A DNA stretch of 59,747 nucleotides, the filler included, from Sphacelaria rigidula (Eukaryota), in the NCBI GenBank assembly GCA_964200075.2. It is 8 parts of 8 records of this genome, joined end to end, with 100 filler letters (N's around TTAATTAATTAA, not from the genome) between each part and the next. Parts side by side here need not be neighbours in the genome. Positions count along the whole stretch, not along the records: positions 7,483 to 14,863 come from CAXNAA020015176.1; positions 14,964 to 22,344 come from CAXNAA020015177.1; positions 22,445 to 29,825 come from CAXNAA020015178.1; 5 more parts are not named here. One strand, written 5' to 3'. A model generated the notes under the pieces. That model had not been told where the DNA came from, did no database searches, and saw only the letters and a program-made list of their open reading frames with translations. The position numbers and the translations under genes are program-made. Of the stretch, positions 11,252 through 22,921 are shown in pieces. Position 1 is the first letter of the stretch. The number at the start of each line of letters is the position of its first letter.

Positions 11252-11660
11252 GGATTTTACAAATTGGGGATGTATTTATTTTATTGAGGATGAATCTCGG
11301 GAAGCTTCAAACACATCGAAATATTTTCGAAAAAGAAATACAGTAGAAATCCACTCTCCCCCCGTGATATTATGTGCTCTCACTCATCCCACAAGCAGTC
11401 CATCTCAAATTGGTAAAATCCGGGCTTTTCATACCGAACAAATGTCGTCCTTCGGCCATTCCGGTACAAAAACTGTTCTTGTTTATCTATATCCACTACA
11501 AAAACGGGATATTTCAAATTGCGTTTTTTTTCAGGGATGAACGAGGCCGCACACCACGGCCGGAGAGTGCACTTGCTTTTTTTTTTAGCATATTTCGATG
11601 CGTATGAAGCTTCCCAAGGTTCATCTTCAATAAAAAATCCATCCCCGATTTGTAACATCC
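11252..11660. mobile_element. MITE-like element with ~70-bp terminal inverted repeats
   Basis: Left end GGATTTTACAAATTGGGGATG...GGGAAGCTTCA.AC.CATCGAAATAT; the reverse complement is at the right end. No clear TSD. Confidence 0.7.
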
Positions 11661-11793
11661 ATGTTCACATGAGGCTCTTCATGCACTCTGAAACCAACTG
11701 TTCTCGTGCTCTGTATGGCCGTTTTCTTCGTAACCCCTTTCGAGACTAGTTTCGGAGGGGGGCGGGGAGCGAGGCGTACTCATTTGTTGATTG

Positions 11794-12051
11794 CAGTGAT
11801 GCTACGGTAGGGGTGCAGAAATATTTCCTGAGGTTCGAATTGTTAGGAGCCCTTTATCTCATGCAAAACACGACTGATGAAATATGTGAAAGTACGCCAG
11901 GATTATTTTTCTAATTTGCTGGAGATATCCCGAATAAATTTGCAAACGGGGATGTCCTGATCCATATTTTCGTGCATCTATAGAATCGTTAGGAGCCCCT
12001 GAACTAGACATAATTTCCCGAAAAAAGTGCACCCCTACCGTAGCATTGCTC
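11794..12051. mobile_element. MITE family B (GAGCAATGCTACGGTAGGGGTGCA TIR), copy 1, TSD ATTG
   Basis: Has TIRs and a 4-bp TSD (ATTG, 11790-11793 and 12052-12055). Inserted in a family-G repeat, in the opposite orientation to copies 2 and 3. Confidence 0.85.
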
Positions 12052-12618
12052 ATTGCCTTGGTCGTCTGACCATTGACCACGCATTCCTTTCGAGACGGGG
12101 AACCGTTCCTACTCCTAAAAGAGACACCTCCAACATTTCAGTGCTCATTACCATTTTTCCATACGTTACACAAAAACAATTCACATATATGTATGTACGA
12201 AGTATATATCTTATCCGCGTCCTGTTTCGCCGTCTGGGGCAATCATCTATCTCCTAGCATATAGCCATCGCTTTTTCCCGTACTATTTAATTCATCAAAC
12301 GATTCCCCGCCACCTGCGTTCACGTCCCGCATTTCCCCGTCTAGCACGTCCCGTTCCTCCTTTTAAGTTCACCTTCTGCCACTATATATGACTTCTGCTC
12401 TCTATTTCTTTGCCACAGAGGGCAATTCTGTGCATCTACTTCCTCTTCCTCTTGACTACTGGTATATCTTCTTCATCTTTATGGCACGTTCAGTTCCCCA
12501 CCCGACTGCTGGTGTCGGGGGGGGGGCGCCTACCGTGGCATCAGTCCTGCATTCCGCGCCTTTTGCTCTAGTTCCCTTCATCGAGTGCTGCCGCATTCGT
12601 GTAAATATGTGCACGTGA

Positions 12619-12880
12619 GAGCAATGCTACGGTAGGGGTGCACTTTTTGCGCAAAGTCTTGTCTGGTTCAGGGGCTCCTAACAATTCTAGATGCACTAGA
12701 ACATGGGTCAGGGCATCCCCGTTTGTTTGAAAATTTGTTCGGGATATGTCTCGCACATTGGAATAGTAATCCTGACGCACTCTCACATATTTCATCAGTC
12801 GTGTTTTGGGTGAGACAAAGGACTCCTAACAACTCTAACCTCGGAAACTATATCTGTGCACTCCTACCGTTGCATTCCTC
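12619..12880. mobile_element. MITE family B, copy 2, TSD GTGA
   Basis: GAG...CTC termini; GTGA at 12615-12618 and 12881-12884. Confidence 0.9.
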
Positions 12881-12957
12881 GTGAATCGATGCCGTTACTG
12901 CGACTCAACTCGCACAAGCGGATCGGTTAACTGCGCCAAGATTAATCCCTGAGTCGA

Positions 12958-13218
12958 GAGCAATGCTACGGTAGGGGTGCACTTTTTGCGCGAAATCTTG
13001 TCTGGTTCAGGGGCTCCTAAGTATTCTAGACGCACAAGAACATGGGTCAGGGCACCCCCGTTTACAAATTCATTTGGGACATCCCTACAATAGTGTGTTG
13101 GAATAGTAATCATGGCGTACCCTCACATACTTCATAAGTCGTGTTTTGGGTGAGATAAAAGGCTCCTAACAGTTCAAACCTCAAAATATATTTGTGCACC
13201 CCTACCGTAGCATCCCTC
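12958..13218. mobile_element. MITE family B, copy 3, TSD TCGA
   Basis: GAG...CTC termini; TCGA at 12954-12957 and 13219-13222. Confidence 0.9.
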
Positions 13219-13584
13219 TCGAGCAAAAAACGTATCGATCACGCTGAAAATACACTCAATATCTATATATATATATAGATATGTACGAAGTATGCACACA
13301 TTCATGTGTGTGAACTTGTCAGCATGATCTCCTTAGAAGCACCAATATAGATCTGGTCAAGACGTGACGCGAAATTCCCGCGGTTCTGTGCTTCCCGCCC
13401 TACCGGTCGCAATGCCTGCATCGTGCCGCCGTGTCGTCCACTACGCATGCATTGCAAAACAAAAAAGGGAATGCAAGCTACCTACTTCTCGCCTGTTCGA
13501 AAAAAGAAGAGGAGGGGCAAGCGAGGAGCCCGGAAAAACAAGAAGAAGGTGAGCCAACATGCACGATTACCATTTTTTGTAAAA

Positions 13585-14027
13585 AACAGCCGATCATCAG
13601 AATTGAGGATGAAGCTTTTCATTGAGGATGAGAACCCGGAGGATGAAAATCTTCGTATCCACACCAAATCTTCGAAATAGGGTTCCATTCCTTCACCTAC
13701 TGGTAGCTACCGACAGGTACTACACGCCATGCAAATTTGGATTTCGATAACCGAAATTTTGGGTCCTAGGTAAAAAAAACATGTTGGAGAATTTCGGCCA
13801 TCCGATCGGATCACCTAAATTCCCCAAATTTTTTTCTTCATCTAGGACCCCGACATTTCGGTTTGTAAAATTCACATTTGTAGGGCGTGTAGCAGTTGTC
13901 AAAGGCTATCAATAGGTGAAAGAATGAAACCCTATTTCGAAGATTTGGTGTGGATACGAAGATTTTAATCCTCTGGGTTCTCATCCTTACTAAAAGGCTC
14001 CATCCTCAAATTCGATGATCGGCTGTC
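13585..14027. mobile_element. Fold-back MITE family A, copy 2
   Basis: Palindromic about ATCCGATCGGAT; flanked by AAAA on both sides. Confidence 0.9.
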
Positions 14028-14065
14028 AAAAACTGAGAAAACCACGCCCTTCCTCACCGATGACC

Positions 14066-14405
14066 CCGGTCCGGCGAAAACCCGGCGTGCTCCGCCCCGG
14101 TTTGGTAGGGATGCAAGGTCATTGGTCATGTGACTATGGCATGCAAGATCATGCCCCCCCCACCTCTCACTCGAAACCGCCGTCCAATAACGAGATCGTT
14201 AGTACGCTTCGGGTCGAACAATCTTGGTAGGATGGATCTTACTCTTCATACGACTCACCGAACACATCACGGTGCTTCGCGCTTGGTGATTGATTGTGAG
14301 CCTGATCCGGCGAAAACACGGGGTGCTCTGCCCCGGCTTAATAGGGATGCGAGGTCAATTGTCTCACGACAACGGCATGCAAGGTCATGAGTACCCCCCC
14401 CCCCT
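14066..14405. repeat. Two copies of repeat family G (14066-14161, 14268-14405)
   Basis: Same consensus as 7483-7556 and 9846-9970. Confidence 0.8.
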
Positions 14406-14788
14406 TCCCCAGCAAAGGGATGTGTGGTCAATGGGCAAATTACTGAGGGAAGCAACGCATGAGCACGCGCCTCCCCCCCAACCTGCAGTAGTACATGTCG
14501 AGGACCAAATTCCACGAGGTATTTTCCCTTTTTTTTTGTGAAAAAATACATAGGAAATATGTATCTGTAGAGCTGTCTATTAGGGGCACGCCCTCCGACA
14601 CATGACGAAGGTGCTAAAGTGAGCATAATTGAAATGAAATCCATACGAATTGACCCATAGGTAGATATATCATTAGAAAAATATAACCCACAAAAAGCAA
14701 ATGGCCGCTATATAAGTCACTGATCCTACCCAAGTAGGTGGGAGAGTAGCAACCCTCACTACGGGTCGAACTCCCGCTCGTGGGAGAC

Positions 14789-14863
14789 GGAGGGGGTGTA
14801 CTCATGATCATGCCTGCCATAGTCATCAGACCATTGACCTCGCATCCCTACAAAGCCGGGACG
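14789..14863. repeat. Repeat family G, opposite orientation, at the contig end
   Basis: GGGGGTGTACTCATGATCATGCCTGCCATAGTCATCAGACCATTGACCTCGCATCCCTAC. Confidence 0.85.
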
Positions 14864-14963
14864 NNNNNNNNNNNNNNNNNNNNNNNNNNNNNNNNNNNNN
14901 NNNNNNNTTAATTAATTAANNNNNNNNNNNNNNNNNNNNNNNNNNNNNNNNNNNNNNNNNNNN
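14864..14963. other. Artificial contig linker
   Basis: N44-TTAATTAATTAA-N44. Confidence 0.98.
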
Positions 14964-15300
14964 GCTACGGCCTTGAACAAGAATTCGGCTATGTCACCCT
15001 CTTCGTCTCTTCATTGCGGTCAGTATGACACCATATATGCGACTATTGGGTGCGTATTGCGGAAGGCATTTGCTGATGACACAATGTTGGGTGATCACCG
15101 TGAACTAGCCTGTAACACTTGCCGCATCTCAACGCCATTCAAGTTGGAGTGTGACTGAATAAACACGATAGCTTTTTGTAGGGTGTTTGACGAGTGCGGC
15201 AGTACATATATGATCGCCTACTTGATAGCGATACCCCTATTTTATTTTTGTTGCCCTGCCGTTGGTTATCCTGTTGTCCCGCACTGGTGCAATGGCCAGA

Positions 15301-15303
<3 letters not shown>

Positions 15304-15351
<48 letters not shown>
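15304..15351. repeat. (CT)n microsatellite
   Basis: Perfect dinucleotide run. Confidence 0.95.
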
Positions 15352-15353
<2 letters not shown>

Positions 15354-16119
15354 ACCTCTACCTCGTGTTCCTGCTATTAGCCCTCTTGTGTAGATTTTAA
15401 GACGTATGTTCCACATGACCAACAGAGCAAAACATGGATAATCTGTTCGCGGTAGGACAGGTTCTACAACATTTCCAGACATTGTATTCGGTGTAAAACA
15501 ATATCTAGAGGCGATGCCAGATGTTGCATTCGGTTTATAATAAACAAAACAATTGCCACGAGGTTGTCAGATGTCAGGTAACGTACAGTACCTCGTTTCG
15601 AACAACTTACCAAAACGCTGTCGAGTATCTTCTTACTCAAAAAAGTTGTTGAAGCGTTGTCAGATATTGAATTCGGTTCAGATCAACTGTCCCAAACGCT
15701 GTCAGATCATCGGTTCGTGTACAACAAGGCTTGTTCCAGAACAAATTCCTGATACACGCTTGTGTTTTGCTTTGTTCTGTTGTGTAGGACGTGGCGTGGT
15801 CTTCTCATCTATCTACGTGTGCTTCAGATTTTTTCAGCGAGTGTGTCACCCGTCTATGTTGTAAACATGCATAGATTGATCTGCTTCATACCGGATCACC
15901 TGCTGCGCGACGATCAATCAATCAAATCGATGGATATCGCTCATTCTCAAGTCAAATATGCTTGTCCTAATCCTGCACTCCAGCTTGCTGTCCTCTACGC
16001 CACGACGCTACAGTACAGTGATCCAGTACAGTGACAGCTACGTCAAAATATCTCATGTGGCCACCACCAACTCCACCTTTTCCCATGGCTGTGGTGCCTG
16101 CATGTCGTGTTACGTTCAG

Positions 16120-16527
16120 GAGTGTATGTCGCCTACTGGGGTACTGCCCCCAGACAGACCCCCTGCTGGACCTTATGACGGTGCATGAAACTCTGCTCCT
16201 CTACGGTGGGCTCAAAGGTGTCGGTTCGCAGGAAAGTGTCGGTTCGAATCCGTTACATGATGGCAATCGCGGCGGCCGGTACGACCGCAATGGCAACAAC
16301 CGTCGGCAGGACGAGGCTCTACTGCCACTCAAGCCACTCACGGCACTCAAGAAAGCCGCTACTGACGCTATGTCCGCGGTCAGTCTGGGCGCAACCGGGA
16401 GCCAACTGGCCGGAACTCTGAGTGGAGGCAACAAGCGCAAGCTGTCGCTTGCGGTGGCTCTAATCGGCGAGCCCCCTGTGCTGTTGCTGGATGAGCCTAG
16501 TTCGGGGATGGATCCTGGAGCTAGGAG
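16120..16527 (+). CDS. ABCA: ABC transporter subfamily A, NBD2 exon (gene 5'-partial; first visible exon)
   Basis: GYCPQTDPL..LMTVHETL, signature LSGGNKRKLSLAVAL, Walker B/D-loop LLLDEPSSGMDP. Splice sites ttcag| and |gtacgg. Confidence 0.93.
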
Positions 16528-16975
16528 GTACGGCACATGCGAGTACGGTGGCTGCTGCAGCAGCGAGAGATTGAAGACGTTTCAGAACAGTTTTCTCATG
16601 TTCCCTTAAATGACGTTTTCCGGTCTATAATGCTTTGGGTCCCGTGGGTCATTGGCCGCATCTTGTTCCCGGGAGCTACGTGACTCACGCATCTTGTGAG
16701 CGGGGGAGGGGAGGGGGATGCGTGACTCACGAGCGGGTGTGTTGGTTTTGCGCGAATACTGTTCGCCAAGAAGGATGATCCATATCGGTAAATGACACGT
16801 TCAGCCCATCGTCACGCCTGAGCCTGTTCAGTTCCCCCCTGCGTTTGTAGACACTTGAGACACAATGTATGTGAACTGGGACATTGTATTCCCCGGCCGT
16901 TTTTTTGTGCGCATTTAATAGTCAGGATGCATACTTACCCCCCATCTCGGTTCCGTCCCGTTTGCCCGTGATCAG

Positions 16976-17156
16976 ATCGATGTGGGAGGTGATCGCATCT
17001 TTGTCGACGTCTCGAAGCGTAATCCTCACCACGCATTCCATGGAGGAATGCGAGGCGGTGTGCTCTAAGCTGGGCATCATGGTGGGGGGGAGGCTGCGCT
17101 GTCTCGGGACATCGCAACACCTCAAAGCCCGCTTCGGCGGTGGATACTCTATTGAG
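16976..17156 (+). CDS. ABCA: ABCA transporter exon (H-loop)
   Basis: RSMWEVI...[47 protein letters not shown]; phase matches the previous exon (AG+A). Confidence 0.93.
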
Positions 17157-17761
17157 GTGCGGTTTGCGCCACTTGTGCGTCACCGCTGGGACCCGGAACA
17201 TACCCTCGTATTGTGTATGGATCGTGGATCATGACATGACATACCCAACAAACACAAGGAGTAGTTTTCATGCTTCGGAGTATGACAGATGGCGAAAAGT
17301 ACACGGTCATATAAGGGAGGAATGGTTGATGTCGGCGTGTGAAGCACGCACTATGGGCATTGTCTGCTCGTTCGTTGTGGCACTGCATTACCGCGGCTCT
17401 CTGTCACTATCGTGTCTTTTCGGGGGGGCGGGGATAAGGGAAGAGGGGGAGAGGCGAGGATACTAATTTGTTGCTTGGCCGTCGACCGCGCACCCCTTTC
17501 GAGACGGAGCGCCGTTCCTATTCCTGGAGAGACACCTACAACATGTCGCACATGACGTCTCTTCCACACATCATCACACAAAAACGTTCAAGTATCTTGT
17601 CCTCTCATATATGTCATCCCTTTCCTGTTCCGCCGTCTGTGGCGGGGAGGAGCGGGGGTTATTGACAAATCTTGCACGTTTCTACCAAGATAATTGAAAG
17701 TCCAATCAAGCGGCGTTAACTGTCTTCCACTACTTTCATCGGTACGGTGCTTTCTTCCCCC

Positions 17762-17870
17762 GTGATCCGACGAAAACCTGGCGTGCTCCGTCCCGGATGT
17801 GTAGGGATGCGAGGTCAATGGTCATACGACTATAACTGTGGCATGCAAGATCATGAGTACCCCCCACCCC
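17762..17870. repeat. Repeat family G copy in an ABCA intron
   Basis: CCGACGAAAACCTGGCGTGCTCCGTCCCGG..GTAGGGATGCGAGGTCAATGG...GAGTACCCCC. Confidence 0.8.
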
Positions 17871-19980
17871 CTACTTGCATCTTCACCGCTAAGGGTAGTG
17901 ATTGGAACAAGGTATTCCCTATCTTATAGCCACTTGAGGGAACATCGTAGAGCGAGTCTTTGTCGCGGCGAAAAAGGCCTCATCCGACTCCCCTGTGTTG
18001 ATGAACAAATCAACTAATGGGAAATGGGGAAGACGTTATGATGTAGTGTAGCGTTGCGCTCTTGCTGACATGATTGGACACAGGACAGTACACATGCACC
18101 ACGACGAAACGGAAGAGAGCGAGTTGGATGATCATCAGCAGTCGCACAGCTGCAAAGTTGCGGATAATTCGTTCACGCTGTTCGGTACCCTAATCCAGTC
18201 CAAAATGGCTGCATACATCCATTCATTCAGCCATTGATCTCTAGTTTCCTTGATTGTCACCTATTTCTCACCACAATTTACCGATTCTGACCCTTTGTGC
18301 ACCTTTTCTTGGCTAGTGGTTCCGGTGCACCCCTATCGTAGACAAAAAAGTGTACCTTGACTCCACTTGCACTTGTAAAACCTCGCTGACCGCTGTACCC
18401 TAAAGTGGCTAAAAATGAGGTATCACTTTTCCCGTCCATTCTGCCCATGTGGCAAGTAATGCCAATTACAGGCTGATCCCAGAAAACAATTAACTTGCAC
18501 CACACTTCTGCCCTCATCCAGTCTTGGTTTTATGTGTTTTTTTTTCGCGTGTTGGCACGCAGGCTGCAAACAACCACGCTGGAAGTCGCTTTTTTTCCGA
18601 CTTTGGGGGTAGAGATGATTCGATATTTTTCGATTCCCTTGTGCTATTGGTTATTATTCAGTCTAGTGGATGCCGACAACTCGAAGCCGGGACATGGAGT
18701 CAAACAGGAACTTCAGTGTAGCTGTTCGTAGCATGCCCACCACGATAACACGTGTGTGGGAAGCGTAGTTGACGTCAAAACTCCGAACTGGAGGGTGTGG
18801 AAGTAAGATAGAGATTAAATCCGTGGCCAACATTGCCGACGGATCTAATCAACGAATTTGGAGATACGATCTCGATCAAATCCGTGGATTTAATTTTCGA
18901 CGAATATCTGGATAACCGGATATCCGTCGGGATCCATCACATTTTTCCAGACGGCATTCATTTTTTTCGGCGGGTTGTCGGATTTGAGGACCAAGATGCC
19001 TGAAGATGACTGCTGTGGATGTTGTGTGAAACTATTCGGTATTCGGCGCCGTCCATTGCACGCAGTATGCATTTCCTTCGGCCTTGCCGTCCTGTGAATT
19101 AGGCACAATAGCATTGTTACATGGCTCATCGAAGTGACCAATGAAAATACCCAACAATCTGTGTTAGATTCACGGGATGACTCACTGTCTGGCGAATGAC
19201 TATTTCCGTTCAAAAAGTGTCTACCTACCGGCAGCGAAGTGCTGACATTGCTGTACAGTACCCCCATGACATGACGACAAGAGACGAGGGCGACAACGGA
19301 TCGCATAGCATCTCTAAGTCAAAACGGTTTGAATTAAAAGCGTCGCTCCGTAACAAATTGCTACCGCGCGTTTCTATGTCGCACTGGACAGGCAATTCCA
19401 AGGGAAACATGAAACTCGTTTCATAGTGGGGACAAGTCAAATATTCAATCCGCTTTTTCGGCGTTCTAAGTGTCGTCGAGGGCTCAGGTTCCAAGTGTGA
19501 TCACGTACAGAGCAGTCTCTGTGGAACACCAAATACATCACATATTTTAGAGAGCGTCCGTTCCGTATTTGTTGGGGTGTTCGTCATGGTGGATACGGAG
19601 ATTGTTTCGCAAAAAAAATGGCTCCGCAATTCGGACCACGGGGCTGTGTTTGTCTTGTTGCGAGCATCAAGTGTGTGTGTGTGGTAGCTATGCTGTGTGT
19701 ATTTCCTCCGTGTACGTGACGTCGCGAGTACCGGTCCAGGAATCTTATTCTTGCTGCTGGAACCATGGTTGGTACTATGGTGCGTCTGTGTAGCGACTCC
19801 GAAATTCTGCTGAACTCTGCACCTGCTGCAACGTACATGTGTACTTGTTCATTTGTTGGCATGCTCATCCAAACTTGGAAGGTGCACAACAGCTCGCTGA
19901 CACCCCTCCCCCCACTCTCTTCCGGACTTTTCTCTCTCCTCCCCCCTCATCCCCCTTGCCGCGTACGCGCTCTGATGCAG

Positions 19981-20295
19981 GTCCGTTGCCCAAGCTCCTC
20001 CATGGCTCAGGTGGGCGAAATGATCACAAGTCTGTCTCCGCTGGCGAGGCTGGATGAAATGCATCCCACCCTGGTGAAGTTCAGCGTCCCCGCCCAACGC
20101 GAGCAACGGCAGCTAGAGGGAGAGGGAGCGTACGGGCATGACGCGGAAGCAGGTTTGGCAAGCTACGCTGCTGTTCATGGGGTCAGGGGTGAGGGTGACG
20201 GAAGATCGACCAGGCGGAGGGCGGGCGGGGTTACTGGAGGGCTGAGCCTGGCCGCGGCGTTCAATACCATCGAGGAGAGAAAGGAGGAGTTGAAG
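19981..20295 (+). CDS. ABCA: ABCA transporter exon (regulatory domain)
   Basis: VRCP...ARLDEMHPTLVKFSVP...LSLAAAFNTIEERKEELK; tgcag| and |gtacgg; 105 codons, phase 0. Confidence 0.88.
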
Positions 20296-20728
20296 GTACG
20301 GGGGGTGGACGAGGGGGCGGGGGTTGACATCAAGCAAAGTTTGTCGAAGTAAGCCAGGAAAGCCCATGTTGATAGTGAGAGCACAGGGTGCCCCATTTAA
20401 GACACTTGTTTGTTCTTTTTGTATTCGTGTGCTGTGCCAAAGTGCTGAGTCTCGTCACGCAAAGTAGCGTATGCCGCATGCGTTGGGTGCCACATTCGAT
20501 TGTATACTATACTATGCTGTACTGTACTGTACTGTGGTCGAGGTGAAATAATTCCGATGTTCCAGGAGGCAGGTGGCCTCACGCAGGAGTTATCGTCTGA
20601 CCTCGATTCGCCCTTTCATGCGAGAGTCCAGATTCTGTGTGTCTGTGACACCTTCTTCCCGCACTCGAATCCAAGTGGAAAAAAAAAGAAGCGAAGAACA
20701 GTCTCATTTCGTTCCATGATTTCGGCAG

Positions 20729-20983
20729 ATATGGGACTACTCAATCAGCCAAGCCACGCTAGAGACGATCTTCATGAGCTTTGCCAAGGACCAAGAGGAA
20801 GAGGTCGCTAGCGTCCCCGGCGTAGCCTACACCACACCAAACTCTAGCGTGAACGTGAACGAAGGCGGCGGGATAGCCGGTGCGAGAGGCCATGGTGACG
20901 ACCCTTCATCTGCCCACTCCATGGATGTGGAGATGACGTATCTCGGGGGTAGTGGGGATGGCCTTCTGAGGGGCGGGCGCTAA
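20729..20983 (+). CDS. ABCA: ABCA transporter terminal exon
   Basis: IWDYSISQATLETIFMSFAKDQ (ABCA YSISQ.TLE.IF motif), ending at TAA. Confidence 0.92.
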   Translation: MWDYSISQATLETIFMSFAKDQEEEVASVPGVAYTTPNSSVNVNEGGGIAGARGHGDDPSSAHSMDVEMTYLGGSGDGLLRGGR

Positions 20984-22344
20984 GCCGATCCGCTAACATG
21001 CGGTGGAGACGACTGGCACTGTCGAACGAAACAATTGGTTGTCGTGAATATTGCTGGTGGGCACTAGATAGAAAAAGAGTAAAGTGGCGCGCAGTTTTCT
21101 GAATGGTGAGAAATACAACTCGAAAAATCTGATTGGCTGATCTTCCTTGATCGACAGTTGCCGTCATGTCATCCATAGGCACGGGCCTTTGGGGCGAAAG
21201 GACCTTTGAATGTATGTGACGTGTGAGTGTGTGTTTATCAGTCAGAAATGAATTGTCGCTTTGTTTTCTGCCTGAGGCATTTATTTCAATCAGTTTTCAT
21301 TTTGATACTACTGCTATTCGCGTTGTAGTTCGCGTCCAGGACGTGAACGATATTATTGATCTTGTACAGATGTGTATTTTCCGGATGTTTGGACGGTGGT
21401 GTTGCGGTGTTGCCTTGTTTGTTTGACTGTATTTGCTCCTTTGTTCGGTGTCCTTGTGCTTCATCGCTTTTGTATAATAGTCTATCTACCTCCCTCTTGT
21501 CTCTTCCTCTCCCCATCTGTCTCTATTTGTGTTCTGTCTCCTCGGTGTACTGTATGCAAGACGCAGTTTGGTGCCTCTCTTCCGTTGGGCTCATGGGTTT
21601 CACAGACAGTTCATACCCCAAAAAGGGTGGCGGAAGTAGATGAGCCGCCATCTTTCCCCACGGCTTTTTTTTTTTCTTGTCTTTTTCGTGTACTTTTGGG
21701 CAAGACTTTCTCCACCTGAAGCCATGTCGCAGAGGGCGACCATATTTTGATCGTTTTTTCTTCTTTTCTTCGTCTATTCTCTTTGTCTGTTGTACCTTCC
21801 TGTTCTGTTTTTCCGTCAATTTTCTTGAGCGAGTGTTTTGGTTTGGTTTTGTCTCAGGTACGTCTATCATGTGGATAATGACCACGACTGGATCATGACT
21901 CCTGGGGGATCAGTACTGGGTCATGACTCCTTGGTGATCAGTTGACGTGCGACAATCAAGCAATCAGTCAAATCAGCCAATGAGCTTGAGGCGTAGAGTT
22001 GAGAGTTATGTTTGCGGTACATGACATGTCCAGGTGTCAAACTGGCGTTTTGTGGTGAGACACCGCCATATTTCTTAATCGCGTGCGAGTGATCGATGAC
22101 AGCGCGGTGCAACGTAGAGGGGAGGGGGGCGTACTCATTTGTTGCTTGCCTTGGTCGTTTGACCATTGACGTAAAAGGGAAGGGGAGCATTGGTAGACCA
22201 CTATACTGGACTGAAATCAATCGCTACGTATCTGGTGTGTTTGTACCGTTTCCATGTGTTCGCGTGTGGAATGGGGAGGGGGGGTGTATGGCTGATCGTA
22301 GTAGCGAGAGTCTTGGGTGTATAGATGTGAAGGAGCGAAAGAGC

Positions 22345-22444
22345 NNNNNNNNNNNNNNNNNNNNNNNNNNNNNNNNNNNNNNNNNNNNTTAATTAATTAA
22401 NNNNNNNNNNNNNNNNNNNNNNNNNNNNNNNNNNNNNNNNNNNN
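22345..22444. other. Artificial contig linker
   Basis: N44-TTAATTAATTAA-N44. Confidence 0.98.
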
Positions 22445-22921
22445 GGAACAAACTGCACCGAAGTCGCAACATCTGTGAAAGCTAGAGAGTTTGATTTTAT
22501 GGATTGCATCCACACAATTCAAACGGCTCTCGAAACCTGAGGGAAGAGGTCTTCCCTGTCCCCCAGCCAGGCATTGATGAACGAGGAAATGCTTTTTACA
22601 GGCGGATACAACACAATGGGGGCTCGGAGACGTTTCTTCCCATCAATATCCGTGTTTTCCAACCTGCAAAGCGTTCCATGCACATTGTTTTCTAATTCGA
22701 ACGGTAACTTGTCGATTCCTGTTTCGTTCTTCAAGGACTGCGTGAAGCCAATCCCAGAAACGTTTGGTACTGCTGTTCGATAGTATCTTGGGATGTTTAA
22801 CTGGACCCGAAGCGGCCACCTTCCCTCAGGTTTCGAGAGCCGTTTGAATTGTGTGGATGCAATCCATAAAATCAAACTCTCTAGCTTTCACAGATGTTGC
22901 GACTTCGGTGCAGTTTGTTCC
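22445..22921. repeat. Perfect 102-bp inverted duplication (22445-22546 / 22820-22921) at the contig start
   Basis: Arms are exact reverse complements separated by a 273-bp spacer. Confidence 0.9.

Noticed and set aside
16241-16251. tRNA B-box GGTTCGAATCC
   Set aside because: It lies inside the ABCA exon, with no A-box or cloverleaf.
16931-16940. ATACTTACC resembling the U1 snRNA 5' end
   Set aside because: Only 9 nt match; it is intronic and has no downstream U1 structure or Sm site.
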